Below the pieces are notes generated by a model, which saw only the letters and a list, made by a program, of their open reading frames with translations, searched no databases and was not told the DNA's origin. DNA of 64,000 nt from Octopus sinensis (taxonomy: Eukaryota): contig NC_043005.1 of assembly GCF_006345805.1 (NCBI RefSeq), positions 90,458,001 to 90,522,000 of the forward strand, given 5' to 3'. Shown here piece by piece: positions 1 to 12,975 of the stretch; within the stretch, counting starts at the first letter, position 1; each line of letters starts with the position of its first letter. A program made the translations under genes and the position numbers.

Positions 1-1238
1 CCTGGGTGGGAAGCGAACTTCCTCACTATGCAGCCATGTCTGTGCTTATATACAGTCACTGATAATTTTACATCTCCAACGACTGGCCACTTTAAAATTG
101 TCTTGGTCGGGAAAAGAATGCGAACCATTGACCTCTGAACTGGTTAACTGTTGCTCTTACAACATCTGTTATACTACGGTGGGGAAATGGAATCTTGTGC
201 TATAACCGATATCGGCACATTTCAGTATCAATAAAGGATATTTGGTGCAACTGTAACAAGTGATAGACTAGTTTGCATTGCTGTGATCTTAATTAACCTC
301 ACAGTAAAGACGTTAGAGTGTTTGATAGATTGCTTTGTGGGGGTAGTCGTTCGGGCTCTTTGCATTCTGGGTTCAAAATCTGCCGAGTTTTGGCGCTCAG
401 CCTTTCCAAGGTCGGTGAAGTAATTTATTGTACTGGGGTCGATTCTTAAAACTTTCTTTCTGCCTGTCTATCAGTATCTCTCTTTCTCTCTATAAGAAAT
501 CGACTGGGGTCAGATTTCGAGAGGGATTCACCCTGCCACACCCAAAAGTTGTCCTGAGACACGTCGTTATGTCTCCACGGTTCTATCAAGTATTTGAAGG
601 CCCAAGGCAAGGAGGCAAAAAGCAAGGCAATTAAACAAATTGTCCAGAAGTCTAAGGGAAACAACTCTTGCATATATTATTTTGAAGCCTGATATCGAGA
701 TTATTGGAGATAAAAGATTTATTGCTTTGGCGAGAGAGCTGGATCGTCATCAGCATCATTGTCATCATCATCGTTGTCATCTTTATTATCATGATTGAAA
801 CTTCCGCTAATTCTTTTGAATGATCACATCCCTACCCTATTAAACAAAAAAAAAAAGCGTTTGGAATATCAAGTCCATGATACACTATGTTTGAAACAAA
901 AACATAGGGTGGGTGATCTTGCTTGAAATAATTTTAATCACAGGTCTCTCAAATCAGGGTCAACGTGGTTGCTGCTTGACCCACTAAAAATAGCAGCCAA
1001 ATATCCCTTGAACGACACTGTTGTCCGAAAAAAAAGTTACGATGGAGGGGTAATGATGCAGGAAAATAAGATTGGATGGTCATGGTTGGAGTAATTTTCG
1101 TTATAGGTTTGTTCACTTACGTCTGATCTGGAGTTAAACATCGGCAATAGCGATCATCATCATCATCGTCATCACTGTCATTTACCATAGTCAATACTAC
1201 ACCACCATGTCGTCACTGCTACCACCACCACTATTTTC

Positions 1239-1650
1239 GGATCTTTTCGGTTTGAACGGCAGTTTTTTCTAGCGGTGTCATATGAAATTGTCACCCATAA
1301 TTATGACCCTAGCATCGATCTATTGCATTTCAATCTCTTTTAGGGTTAGGGGTGGGGAGAAGGGTATCTTTTTTTTCTTCAGAAATGTAAATAAACCCAA
1401 TCTGTTTCTTAAACGAGGGACATATTCATACGGCACAGAATGTTTTTTACCTCAATAGACGTCATTGATTGGTTGAAATTGCAGAATTGAAGAAAAAAAA
1501 CAACAAATATCTTACAAACTATAGAATTTTCTGAATAAAGCCAAGAGAAAAAGATGTTTTATAAACTCATTCTACCAGTATATGAAGTTTAAAATTGTTT
1601 AGTTAGCTAGAAATTATGTTAAAAAACTGCCGTTCAAACCGAAAAGATCC
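1239..1650. mobile_element. MITE with ~28-bp TIRs and 8-bp TSD (Merlin-like), copy 1
   Basis: Begins GGATCTTTTCGGTTTGAACGGCAGTTTT and ends AAAACTGCCGTTCAAACCGAAAAGATCC; flanked by CTATTTTC at 1231-1238 and 1651-1658; no ORF. GG termini with 8-bp TSD fit the Merlin superfamily (inference). Confidence 0.85.
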
Positions 1651-2102
1651 CTATTTTCATCACTGCAATGATAACAACCACCACCACCACCACTCTCACC
1701 ATCTTTATATTTATCACTGCTTGTGAAGGTGCATGGCTTAATGGATAGGGTATTCGGCTCATAATTGTGAGGACATGAGTTCAATTCCCAGAGGTGTGGT
1801 GTGTCCTTAAGCAAGCTACTTTTTTTTTTTTTTTGCTCCAGTCCACTCAGCTGGTAAAAGTGAGTTCTACCTGTATTTCAAAGGGCCAGTCCTGTCACAT
1901 TCTGTGTCATGCTGAATGTCTCTGAGAACTATGTCATGGATTATGCATGTCTGTGGAGTGCTCAGCCACTTGCACGTTACCTTCATGAGCAGGATGTTCC
2001 TCTGAACGGATAGAGAGGAACACTCACCATCACAACCAACAGAGTGCCTCTTCAATCTACCACTACCACCACACTTCTGTCCTCACTTGGTCCAAGAACT
2101 AT

Positions 2103-2520
2103 AAGGTGGCGAGCAGGCAGAAACGTTAGCACACCGGACGAAATGCTTAGTGGTATTTCATCTGCCATTACGCACTGAGTTCAAATCCCGCTGAGGTTAA
2201 CTTTGCCTTTCATCCTTTCAGGGTCAATAAATCTAGTACCAGTTACACACTGGGGTCGATGTAATCGACTTAATCCATTTGTCTGTCCTTGTTTGTCCCC
2301 TCTGTGTTTAGCCCCTTGTGGGTAGTAAAGAAATAGGTATTTCGTCTGCCGTTACATTCTGAGTTTAAATTCCACCAAGGTCAACTTTGCCTTTCATCCT
2401 TTCAGGGTCGATAAATTAAGTACCAGTTACACACTGGGGTCGATATAATCGACTTAACCCCTTTGTCTGTCCTTGTTTGTTCCCTCTGTGTTTAGCCCCT
2501 TGTGGGCAGTGCAGAAATAA
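2103..2520 (+). mobile_element. SINE (family B, GGCGAGCTGGCAGAA head) with internal ~185-bp tandem duplication
   Basis: Head AAGGTGGCGAGCAGGCAGAAACGTTAGC; block GGTATTTC...GCCTTTCATCCTTTCAGGGTC...GCCCCTTGTGGG occurs twice (~2152 and ~2336). Related copies at ~18715-19060, 21883-22240, 41791-42005, 60305-60535. Confidence 0.7.
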
Positions 2521-3195
2521 GAATGCAGTTGCTTCCGAGACTGCGTTGATACATACTTTCATTGAGGCAGAGAGCAGTTTTATTGAACATCCTTTGACAT
2601 TTCAACTGGCCAGATTCAGCTTCTTACACCAACCATACAATGTCAATCTAAAAATAAAGAGTCACATCATTGATATCTCAAAGCTACAAGATAATACAGG
2701 ATTAATTAACAATAGCATGAATGAATAAATATTGCATTTGACAAAGCACGTGTGTATGGGTGCACTTGCGTGCACCCACATACACACACACATCTGTCAA
2801 GATATTCACTCTTGCACACATGCTCTTTTACTTGCTTCAGTCATTTGACTGCGGCCATGCTGGAGCACCACCTTTAGTCGAGTAAATCGACACCGGGACT
2901 TATTCTTTGTAAGCCTAGTACTTATTCTATTGGTCTCTTTTGCCGAACCGATAAGTTACAGGGACGTAAACACAACAGCATCAGTTGCTAGTGGGGACAA
3001 ACACAGACACATACATATATATAGTAGAAGACACTTGCCCAAGATGCCACTCCTGCACCTATGCATACATTATGTATATAATTTTTCCCAATTTATACTT
3101 CTTTATTTAAAAGACATTTAAATAATCAACAAAGACTTTTATTAAATATTTTTTAAAATTACATTAAAAAAATTTTTTGTACTTTGTCCTTCCAG

Positions 3196-3667
3196 ATACC
3201 ATTTGAACTTGAGTGCGGTGACGATGATAAATGTACAACAGATCTTAAAGTTTCTGCTTCGACAACTCTCAAGTATTTGCTGTATCAGAAGGAGGAGAAA
3301 TTTGACATCAAAGTTGTTGTGTCTAACGGCAACAACCACGCTTATAATTCATTTGCTACTTTCGTTTTCCCCAAATATCTTCAGTACATTCAAGCCATCA
3401 AATATAAAGTGCAACCAGACTTTGAATGTTCAACAGATAGCTCAGCAGAAGAAGACATGGTTCGTTGTACTCTGGGCAATCCATTGCCTAAAAACACTGA
3501 CAGCAATTTGCTTTAAAGTTCTCATCGACCGGAACAATTGATCAACCAGAAAATGCGATAAATATCAGTGTTAAAACAAAAAGTTTTGAAAAACCACAAG
3601 ATTTGAAAAATAATAAAATTACTATTAAAATTCCTAACAGGATGAAGGCTTCTACAGAATTCTATGG
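3196..3667 (+). CDS. Integrin alpha subunit, coding exon (genu/calf-1), with apparent 1-nt frameshift at ~3502
   Basis: Acceptor ttccag|, donor |gtaagg. IPFELECGDDDKCTTDLKV (genu C-x5-C-xxDL), VVSNGNNHAY and CTLGNPLP are typical integrin alpha motifs; the frame continues as QFALKFSST...DLKNNKITIKIP...STEFYG after the shift. Confidence 0.9.
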
Positions 3668-3734
3668 GTAAGGTTTGCCTTTCCATTCTCTGCTTTTTTC
3701 TTTTGTTTTGTTTTCTGTCTTTCTTTTATCTTTA

Positions 3735-4210
3735 CTTTTACTTGTTTCAGTCATTTGACTGCGGCAATGCTGGGGCATTGTCTTGCATTTTTAGTTGAAT
3801 GAATCAACCCCTGGACTTATTTTTTAAGCCTGGTGTACTTATTCTGTCAGTCTCTTTGGCCAAACTGCTAAGTTATTGGGATGCAAACACACCAACATCA
3901 GTTGTCAAGCAGGCGGGGGTGGGGACAAAAAACAGACAGAAAGACACACACACGTAGATATTCATACATATATGTGTATGTTATATACATATATATATAT
4001 ATATTCACATATATATATGCACACACACATATATATATATATATACACACCAGGCCTTTTTCAGTTTCTGTCTACCAAATCTACTCACAAAGTATTCGTT
4101 GATCGAAGGCCATAGTAGAAAACTCTTGCCCAAGTGCCATGCAGTGTGACTGAACCCAGAACTATGTGGTTGGGAAGTAAGATTCTTACCACACAGTCAC
4201 ACCTGCACCT
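3735..4210 (-). mobile_element. SINE (family A: tRNA-like head, CCTTGGGCAAGT core, central CA/TA microsatellite)
   Basis: Reverse complement of the family seen on + at 16705-17045 and 30396-30810. Confidence 0.75.
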
Positions 4211-4654
4211 CTATCTATTTAAGCAATAGTAGCAGTAGTAGCAATAGCAGTAGTAGTAGTAGTAGTAGTTGGCACCCCGTGACCACCACCACTGCCAACC
4301 AGCTTCTGACTGCGTCAACTTACATTCAAAAACATTCTAGCTATGACAAAGCTGTGTTGTCAGAAAGTTTATTTCACATTTCTGATTCTAACCTTGATTT
4401 TCTTCTTTGAAACAAACAAAAAAAAGAACAGGAAGCAAAAAGCGAGTAGGTATCATTTGAGAACAATTTGGCTGTTATTTCTAACAGCTTGATCACATAG
4501 AGATTCCCCCTTTACTACAGTTCACTTCAGTTTACTTTCAGTGTGGAAAAAAATGGGATATAAATTAAGAACAGCTAAGATGCAATAATGATGAAATCTG
4601 GAGAGAAATGCCAATTCTTTGCTTCTAATTCTCTGATGTAGAAGAATGAGCCGA

Positions 4655-5010
4655 GGCAGACGTGGCCGTGTAGTTAAGAAGCTCACTTTGCAACCATGTG
4701 GTTTGAGGTTCAGTTCCACTGTGTAGCACCTTGGGCAAGTGTCTCATACTATAGCCCTGAGCCAACCAATGCCCTGGGAGTCAATTTGGTGGATGGAAAC
4801 TGTGAGGAAGCTTGTGTGTGTGTGTTTTTGTTGTGTGTGTGTTTCCTCCCCTTCTATTGCATGGAAACTGGTATTGGTTTGTTTGTATCCCTGTAACATA
4901 GCACTTTAGCAAAAGGGACTGATAGAATAAGTATTGAGGTCAATTATTCAATTGAAATCCTTCCAGGCAGTCCTCCAGCATGGCCACAGTTCAATAACTG
5001 AAACTAATAA
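4655..5010 (+). mobile_element. SINE family A
   Basis: GGCAGACGTGGCCGTGTAGTTAAG...GGTTCAGTTCC...CCTTGGGCAAGTGTC...CCAGCATGGCCACAG. Confidence 0.7.
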
Positions 5011-5074
5011 ACAATTAAATGCCCGGGTAACAAGCCAGTTATTTTAAGAGAAGGATTTAGAAGATTCGACGGAG

Positions 5075-5665
5075 GTCATTGCCAGTACTGCCTGACTGGC
5101 CCCATGCCAGTGGCACGTAAAAGCACCCACTACACTCTCGGAGTGGTTGGCGTTAGGAAGGGCATCCAGCTGTAGAAATTCTGCCAGATCAAGATTGAAG
5201 CCTGGTGCAGCCATCTGGTTCACCAGCCCCCAGTCATTCGTCCAACCCATGCTAGTATGGAAAGCGGACGTTAAACGATGATGATGATGATGATTTAGTC
5301 AATTGGATATAACCTTGTACTTCACTGACAGCTATTTTACCGGCCCTGGAAGGATGAAAAGCAAAGCCGGCACCTATGGAATTTGATCTTAGAATTTGTT
5401 CCAATGGTAGAATGCCTGTCATGTTTACTGGAGATGTGGGTTCGAGTTTCAAGGGCATCCTTTGACTTCGCCTGGCACCTGTGCAGGTGACACGTAAAAA
5501 GCACCCACTACACTCACAGAGTGGTTGGCGTTAGGAAGGGCATCCAGCTGTAGAAACACTGCCAGATCAGACTGGAGCCTGGTGCAGCCTTCTGGCTTCC
5601 CAGATCCCCGGTCGAACTGTCCAACCCATGCTAGCATGAAGAACGGATGTTAAATGATGATGATG
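5075..5665 (+). mobile_element. Two copies of SINE/LINE-tail family C ending in (GAT)n
   Basis: GAGTGGTTGGCGTTAGGAAGGGCATCCAGCTGTAGAAA...CCCATGCTAG...GTTAAA(C/T)GATGATGATG at ~5140-5292 and ~5518-5665. The same family occurs at 15975-16385, 24612-25200(-), 31190-31325, 40155-40420(-), 50037-50410(-) and 57385-57680. Confidence 0.75.
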
Positions 5666-6066
5666 AAAAGCGTTTTTCAATCTAATATCTACATGCTATT
5701 CTTTATAGCTGTATGCAATGAGCTTCAAGAATCACTATTCCAAGACAAAAGAAAGATACATAACTGAATACCACAAAACAGCTCGTTCTGTCCTCTCTTG
5801 TTTCTATTAAGACATTATTTCGGCCTAGCTAAAGGCATCTGGAAAATGTAAAACTGCTGTCAGAGAAAAACTATTGTTCCACCGTGGGAACAGTTCTGTA
5901 GTAGTGTTAATTTAAATTTGGTTGTGGTGGATCGAATCCACTTCATGCATGCAAGATCCACTACACATTCTTTAATTGATTGCTTTATTTCATTTGTTGT
6001 TTTTACTTTGAACTAAATTGTTTGTGCTCATTACTTATAATAAAACCCAATTTTTGGTCTCCTTAG

Positions 6067-6232
6067 AAACTCAAACCCTGATCTGTTGACCTCTGAAACT
6101 AAAAACATAACAGTCACTCATGTGCTGGCTGTATACAACCATGGGCCAAGTCCTTTGTTTGGAGTTACATTAAACGTTACATTGCCAAGCCTCCTCAAAG
6201 AGAGACCTGATTTAATACAAAGAATATGCAAG
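6067..6232 (+). CDS. Integrin alpha subunit, coding exon (start of calf-2)
   Basis: Acceptor ccttag|, phase 2, matching the upstream exon; encodes (G)NSNPDLLTSETKNITVTHVLAVYNHGPSPLFGVTLNVTLP...QRICK with the calf-2 'H.y.v.N.GPS' motif; donor |gtaagg. Confidence 0.9.
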
Positions 6233-6580
6233 GTAAGGCTTCCTTTCTCTGATCAGAGATTCTTGTTTATTTATTTGTTTATCATAGTTCGTATTTGTAT
6301 TTGGTTTGCAAGATTCTTGATGTGAATTTATGTGTTGAAAAAAATATTACTGAACCTTGGGCGGGGCATTAAGCCAGTAATCATAAACACACTGGTTCGG
6401 TCCTTTATTGTTATTGTTATTTAATGGGTTAATTACTCCGTTAACCAATTTATCGGTCAGCCGTTTTTACTAGTTTTTCAAACTCATATGTTAAAACACT
6501 TTGGTCAAACAATTTAATCATTCAAATGTTCAGTATTGTTAATGTCGTCATTTCTTTTTTTGTCAAATAACTATTTCATC

Positions 6581-6890
6581 GGAGGCACAATGGCCCAGTG
6601 GTTAGGGCAGCGGACTCTCAGTCAGAGGATCGTGGTTTCAATTCCGGGCGTTGTGTGTGTTTATTGAGCGAAAACACCTAAAGCTCCACGAGGCTCCGGC
6701 AGGGGATGGTGGCGACCCCTGTTGTACTCTTTTGCCCCAACTTTCTTTCACTTTCTCTTCCTGTTTCTTGAGTAACGCTGCGATGGACTGGCATCCCTTC
6801 AAGTGGAGGGGAACTCATACGTCATAGAAACCGGGAAACCGGTCCCATGAGCCTGGCTAGGTTTGAAAGGGGTGCATAAAAAAAAATAAA
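6581..6890 (+). mobile_element. tRNA-derived SINE with A-rich tail
   Basis: GGAGGCACAATGGCCCAGTGGTTAGG (A-box-like) ... GGTTTCAATTCC (B-box-like); A-rich tail; AACTATTTCAT on both sides. Related copy on - at ~53140-53475. Confidence 0.75.
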
Positions 6891-7317
6891 GGATCTTTTC
6901 GGTTTGAACGGCAGTTTTTAACATAATTTCTAGGTAACTAAAAAATTTTAAACTTCGTATACTGGTAGAATGTGTTTATAAAACATCTTTTTCTCTTGGC
7001 TTCATTGAGAAAATTCTATAGTTAGTAAGATATTTGTTGTTTTTTTTTCTTCAATTTCTGCAATTTCAACCAATCAATAATGTCTATTGAGGTGAAAACA
7101 TTCTGTGCTGTATGAATATGTCCCTCGTTTAAGAAATAGATTGGGTTTATTTACATTTGTGAAGAAAAAAGATACCCTTCCCCCCTCCCCTAACTCTAAC
7201 TAACCCTAACCTTAAAATAGATTGAAATGCAATAGATCGATACTAGGGTCATAATTATGGGTGACAATTTCATATGACACCGCTAGAAAAAAACTGCCGT
7301 TCAAACCGAAAAGATCC
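6891..7317. mobile_element. Merlin-like MITE, copy 2 (opposite orientation to copy 1)
   Basis: Same TIRs as 1239-1650, interior inverted; 8-bp TSD AAAATAAA at 6883-6890 and 7318-7325. Confidence 0.85.
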
Positions 7318-8854
7318 AAAATAAATAAAACTATTTCATTGTATTGTTGCAATCTCTTGCTTCCCAACCACATGGTTCTGGGTTCAATCACACTGCATGG
7401 CACCATGACAAAAAAAGAAATAACAACACTAAGAATACTGAACATTTGAACAATTAATTGTTTGACCAAAGTGTTTTAACATATGAGTTTGAAAAACTAG
7501 TAAAAACGGCTGACCGATAAATTGGTTAACGGAGTAACTCACTCATTAACTAACAATAACAAAAAAGGACCGAATCAGTGTGTGTGTTTATTATTATCAG
7601 CATAATGCCCTTCCCAGTGAAACGAATCTGTGATGAAGCCTCTATGTGGTTGTTCTCATATTAGAAATAGCAGTCAGATATTCCTCAATTCACTCCCTAT
7701 GATCTTTAAAAAGGAAGGATATATTGGAAAATATGATCTTAGATACACTATGCCTGGAAATTAAAAAAAAAATGACAATTGTTGTAGCTGGAACACTTGC
7801 TCAGTCAGAGCTGACCTGGGGTTAAATAATGATGACAGCAACAACAACAACAACCCTGATGAGAGAAGGTGACTCACATTCATTTAATCAATTACTACAT
7901 GAGCTGTTGATTGATAGTTCAGTGTAGCCTAATTAAGAATGATGACTAATTAAGATTTTTTTTATTAACCCTGAAACCACTTCAACAGTCACAACGTAAA
8001 TTTTTTGTGTTTTAAAAAAATATATCAATGTTGCATGATGTGATAAGATAAGATTTAGTAGGTGTAGTTATTCTACCAAATATATACGTTTTTATTTTAT
8101 TTTGCAATTTACTTAATCATCAGTATATTATTGTTAATATTTCTATTATATGTAATTTTCTAGATGGTGTAATTTAATTGTTCATTTTGAATTGATAAAA
8201 GGTGCTTTTGGATGTTTTTGTAAAAAACACTTTCCTCAGGAACCATGGAATGGAACTGAACTCAAAACTGTGTAGTTGGGAAGTGAGCTACTTAGCCATG
8301 CACCTCTGCCTGTGCATCACTGTCTCACTATATCTAACAGCACACCCATAACTACAACATTTATGCAAAAAGTCTTATTACAAAAACCGCATCTCCTATC
8401 TGAGGTCTATATATAGATCACTAAGATCAGATTATATATATACAGTATCTGTGTCTTAATATATATAAACCTTTATCTTATCACATCAAGTAAACATTGA
8501 TATATTTTTAAACACAAAGGCAATGGCATGACTATTGAAACGGTTTCAATTTTGTTTTAATGTCTTCCTCTCTGTGCTTGCATGGGTCAGATGGAATTGG
8601 TTGAGGCAGCCTTTCTACAGCTGGATGCCCTTCCTGTCACCAACTCTCGCCTGTTTCCAAGTAAAGGTTATATTTCTCCATGGCCAGACATGTTTTGCAT
8701 GGAAAACTAGAAATGAACAAAGCTGCTTGTATAACGAGGGGGATTGTTTACAATCATCACATGAGGTCAAGACAAAAGTACACAGACACAGATGCAGACA
8801 TATACATGCTACACGCACACACACACATACATATATATATTTATATATATGCTT

Positions 8855-9081
8855 TTATTCTTTTACTTGTTTCAGTCATTTTGACTGCGGCTATGCTGGA
8901 GCACCACCTTTAGTCAAGCAAATTGATCCCAAGACTTATTCTTTGTAAGCCTAGTACTTATTCTATCGGTCTCTTTTGCCAAACCGCTAAGTAACAGGAA
9001 TGTAAACACACTGGCATCAGTGTGTCAAGCAATGTTGGTGGAGGAGGTGACACACAAACATATGCACATGCGTACATACAT

Positions 9082-9125
<44 letters not shown>

Positions 9126-9285
9126 AGCTTCGTTCAGTTTCCATCTACCAAATCCACTCACAAGGCATTGGTCAGCAAGAGGTTATAGTAGAAAACACTT
9201 GCCCAAGGTGCCATGCAGTGGGACTGAACTCGGAACTATGTAGTTGGTTAGCAAGCTATTTACCACACAGCCACACCTGCACCTA
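8855..9285 (-). mobile_element. SINE family A
   Basis: TTTTACTTGTTTCAGTC...GCTGGAGCACC...CACTTGCCCAAGGTGCC...ACCACACAGCCACACCTGC. Confidence 0.75.
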
Positions 9286-9542
9286 TATATATATATTGTT
9301 GCTATTATGTTAAACTGTCGTATGTCCAAATTTGGCCAAATGTTTTTTTTTTCCAATATTTATTTTTGCCTGCAATAACTGGTTATTTTGGTCAAACTAT
9401 TGTATCTCCAGTTGCCTCAGATCCCAAGATATCAAAAGTTGTCAAAGTGTAGTACAATGGTTTTGCTATGGAATGGCAAAACTATTTTTTCGGTTTCTGA
9501 AAAAGCAACATCTTGGACTTACGACACTTTTGCATAATAGCA

Positions 9543-9634
<92 letters not shown>

Positions 9635-10407
9635 TCATTGGATTGTGGCCAAATTGGGGCATCACCTTGAAGGGCTTTGGTTGAAAGGACTCAACCACAG
9701 TACAGATATTTCTGATAAACCTGGTACTTATTCTATCAATTTTTAATGCTGAACTGTTAAGTTATGGGGATGTAAACAAACCAACACCGTATGTGAAGCA
9801 GTGGGAAGGGGACGAACACAATGACACACAGACATAGATATAATAATACACACACACACACACACAACAGGATTCTTTCAGTTTCTGTTTACCAGATCCA
9901 CTCAAGGCTTTGATTGGTCTGAATGTGTTGGAGAACATTTCCTTGCTTCCACAGCATGGGACTGAATCCAAAACCATGTGGTTGGGAAGCTGACTTCTTA
10001 ACCACACATCCATGGTTTCAGGATCAATAAAAAGAAATTTCAAAGAGTCATCAGCTTTACTCTGTGGGTTCAAATCATATCAAGGTTTACATTGGTTATT
10101 GGTCTTCATTCTAAATACTTTAAAAGCAAATTTTTGTATGTTTGTTTTGTTGACAAGAACATGGAAGCAGGGGAAACAACTCCAGTGTTAGTTGCCATTC
10201 TGTATAGCTCTCCAGTAGAAAAACGGTATAAAAGGTGCTTGAAATGGAACTATCAGTGGGGACCGCTTTGAAATGAGGCCAAGGTGAATCACAAAATTGC
10301 TTTGAAGCTCCAGTGTGCAATCGTTGCATTTAAAACCCATCAATATTTTAATCAACTCTGAAATGTTGCTAAATCTGTCAATTGTATTTTTTATTTCAAT
10401 ATTTCAG

Positions 10408-10515
10408 AATCCGTCTTGTCCCACTTCATTCGACTGGCAAACCATAAGCAAAGGATCTAATAGACAAGTTAAAATTGTTTTTAATGTCAATGAAAAAATT
10501 CATTCGGTTAAAAAG
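10408..10515 (+). CDS. Integrin alpha subunit, coding exon (calf-2)
   Basis: atttcag| NPSCPTSFDWQTISKGSNRQVKIVFNVNEKIHSVKK |gtatgt; 108 nt, phase 0/0. Confidence 0.75.
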
Positions 10516-10573
10516 GTATGTTGACTTTCTGTTTGAGTTTATTAGTATTAAAATTTTCCTACAGTGTTGATGA

Positions 10574-10648
10574 GTAGAACATTAACATGAGATTAACTCT
10601 TAGTTTCCTGTAGAACATTAACATGAGATTAACTCTTAGTTTCCTGTA
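10574..10648. repeat. Perfect 36-bp tandem duplication
   Basis: GTAGAACATTAACATGAGATTAACTCTTAGTTTCCT x2. Confidence 0.9.
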
Positions 10649-12367
10649 AGACACAGTACCACACAAGACTTTGGTCAGCCAGTCTTGAATATGCTGCATG
10701 ATATCACAAGAATTGTATTAAGGAATTGAGGAACTGTCTAATACAAAGGAGAAAACTCTGATCCCATGGAAAATTTCCAACATGATGTTAAGAGTTAAAC
10801 ACCTTAACCAATTCTCTGCCTTTGTGGAACTTTGTCCTTGGACCGAGATAAGAAATTAACCCTCTCAGACCTGGGCCACTGTGCCCTCTGCCTTGGCTCC
10901 TAAGCAAAACAATAAATAGTTGCATATACAGTTCAAGAGTAATGAGTGCAGGCAAACTAATGCACAGAATCGGTTGATTACTGCTTTACTGAGACTCTGG
11001 CAGAGTTGACATTTAATCTATTCCTGCTATAATGGGAAAATGGTGTGACAGGGTTAATTTTGCAGAAGTTGGCTATGGAACTTTTTACTGGGTTTCTCAA
11101 CCTTCTAGAAATAGAAGCCAAATCGCTTTAAAATCACCTCCTACTCTTTTAGGAACTAAAGAATTCTTAAGAAAATTTGGTCTTAGTAAATTATCTCTGA
11201 ATAAAAATGGAGACAGACACAAAAGGAAAGCCTTTGATTATAGTCTGCTCAATCAGGCATGACTTAACTCACAACAATCAATGTGGAATCTTTAGAAGAG
11301 GAGTTGATGTAATCAAGATAAAAAAAGGGAGAACTCTGTTTATACTGGTAGTCTATGCCTGTTACTAATTCATGCATATTGGTACTCTATGCACATTGGT
11401 GCTGTATCATGTTGCTGCTGTAGCCATATTGTCTCTATGAATTCCATCTTTATCTACTGCATATGAGGGAAATTCTGTCCGTGGGTGTGTTTGTGGAGTT
11501 GTTAATTAACTCCTCCTACATCAGTTTATCAGTTTTGATGAAACTTGATACATGAGTAGAACTCATGTCTGGAAACCTCAAGGCATACTCAGATTGTTGA
11601 AACAAATCGATAATAGGACCCCTGAAAGGGATCCTTATATATATATATATATATCCAATGGAAATAACCCATTCATTTTCCTAAATTATTTGGTAAAAAT
11701 GAAATTGAGTATGCTTAATTCTTAGTATTTGAACTGTTAGAGTTATTTTCGCAATTTATCCAGTACAACCCTTTAACTAGTAAATAGTATTTTCCTAAAC
11801 AATTTTCCTTCACGATTTTAGTATACACACCTTATTGGTATTTCCTCTTATGTTCTATATACTATGGGAATGCATTAAGGCCCTTTTTGGAGCTACTTTA
11901 TTTGAATTCTTACTATTGGGTAACTAATTTCATGTTATTACATAACTGACTTCACAATTTGGGTATTCATAACTTATTGGGAATTCCTAAAAGCAAGATC
12001 CTGTGTAAGACAGTTCAGTATTCTCTGTAAATGCACAAAAACTGTTTTAAGGGTACATGCTTTTACATTGTTGTTATTGGATTAGCAAAACAATTATGAG
12101 AACAGAACGAAGGGATAAGCTCCAATTTCCTGGTACATCAGCTAGGTATTTCATAAACCTTTTGCTGCTCACAAACTTCAAAATTTGGGTGACTCACAGA
12201 ATTTAAAATTTTGTTACTTTTAAAAATTCAAATGATCAACTTTTAAAATTCCATTTCTTAAAAAAGTCTTCTCCAAAGTGAGCTTCACTATACCAGTGAA
12301 GCAGGCTTGCTTCATTGCCATCAACAGCATCGTATTTCTTTCAGATAAATAAAGACATAAGTATTAA

Positions 12368-12589
12368 CCCTTTCATTACCAACCTAGCTGAAACCATCTC
12401 TGGATCTGTAGTACAAATGTCTTGTTTTCATAAGTTTTGAATTAAAATCATCCACCAAACCTTAGTCACAATTTATGTTCCTAACACTAGCTGGATGATA
12501 ACTAAGTTATTTTACCAAATTCTTTGTTATACTAAAAATTAATTGAAAGAACTACAGAGCATCTCAGAATAAATACAGTAACGAAAGGG
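12368..12589. mobile_element. piggyBac-like MITE
   Basis: TTAA|CCCTTTCATTAC ... GTAACGAAAGGG|TTAA (TTAA TSD, CCC/GGG termini). Confidence 0.75.
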
Positions 12590-12679
12590 TTAATATGCTA
12601 TGTTAGACATGCCCCACCCAGGTTAGTATGACAAGTCAGTCATTTAAACATTACTTGATGTAATGCATGAAGTAATGCA

Positions 12680-12975
12680 CAGTGAAGATGCATAGCTTAG
12701 TGGTTAGGGTATTTGGTTCGTGATTATAAGGCTGTGAGTTCAATTCTTGGCAGTGCATTGTGCCCTTAAGCAAAACACTTTATTTCATGTTGCTCCATTC
12801 CACTGAGTTGGCAGAAATGAGTGGTACTTGTATTTGAAAGGGGCCAGTCCTGTCACATTCTGTGTCATGCTGAATCTTCCTGAGAATTATGTTAAGGGTA
12901 CACATGCATGTTAATTTCAAGGGAAAGTTGTTCCATTGGCAGGATCAACCGGAACCCTCGTCATCACAGCCAGCT
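12680..12975 (+). mobile_element. SINE family D (tRNA-like head, GCAAGACACTT core)
   Basis: GCATAGCTTAGTGGTTAGGGTATT...GAGTTCAATTC...GGGCCAGTCCTGTCACATTCTGTGTCATGCTGAAT; other copies at ~1725-2045, 23365-23510, 28558-28870. Confidence 0.65.

Larger units (their letters stand above)
6358..7616. mobile_element. Fold-back element with ~205-bp inverted arms, containing a nested SINE and MITE
   Basis: 6358-6565 is the imperfect reverse complement of ~7406-7616 (e.g. TTACTCCGTTAACCAATTTATCGGTCAGCCGTTTTTACTAG / CTAGTAAAAACGGCTGACCGATAAATTGGTTAACGGAGTAA). Confidence 0.8.

Noticed and set aside
6581-6650. tRNA-like sequence
   Set aside because: It is a SINE head followed by body and A-tail; no complete cloverleaf.
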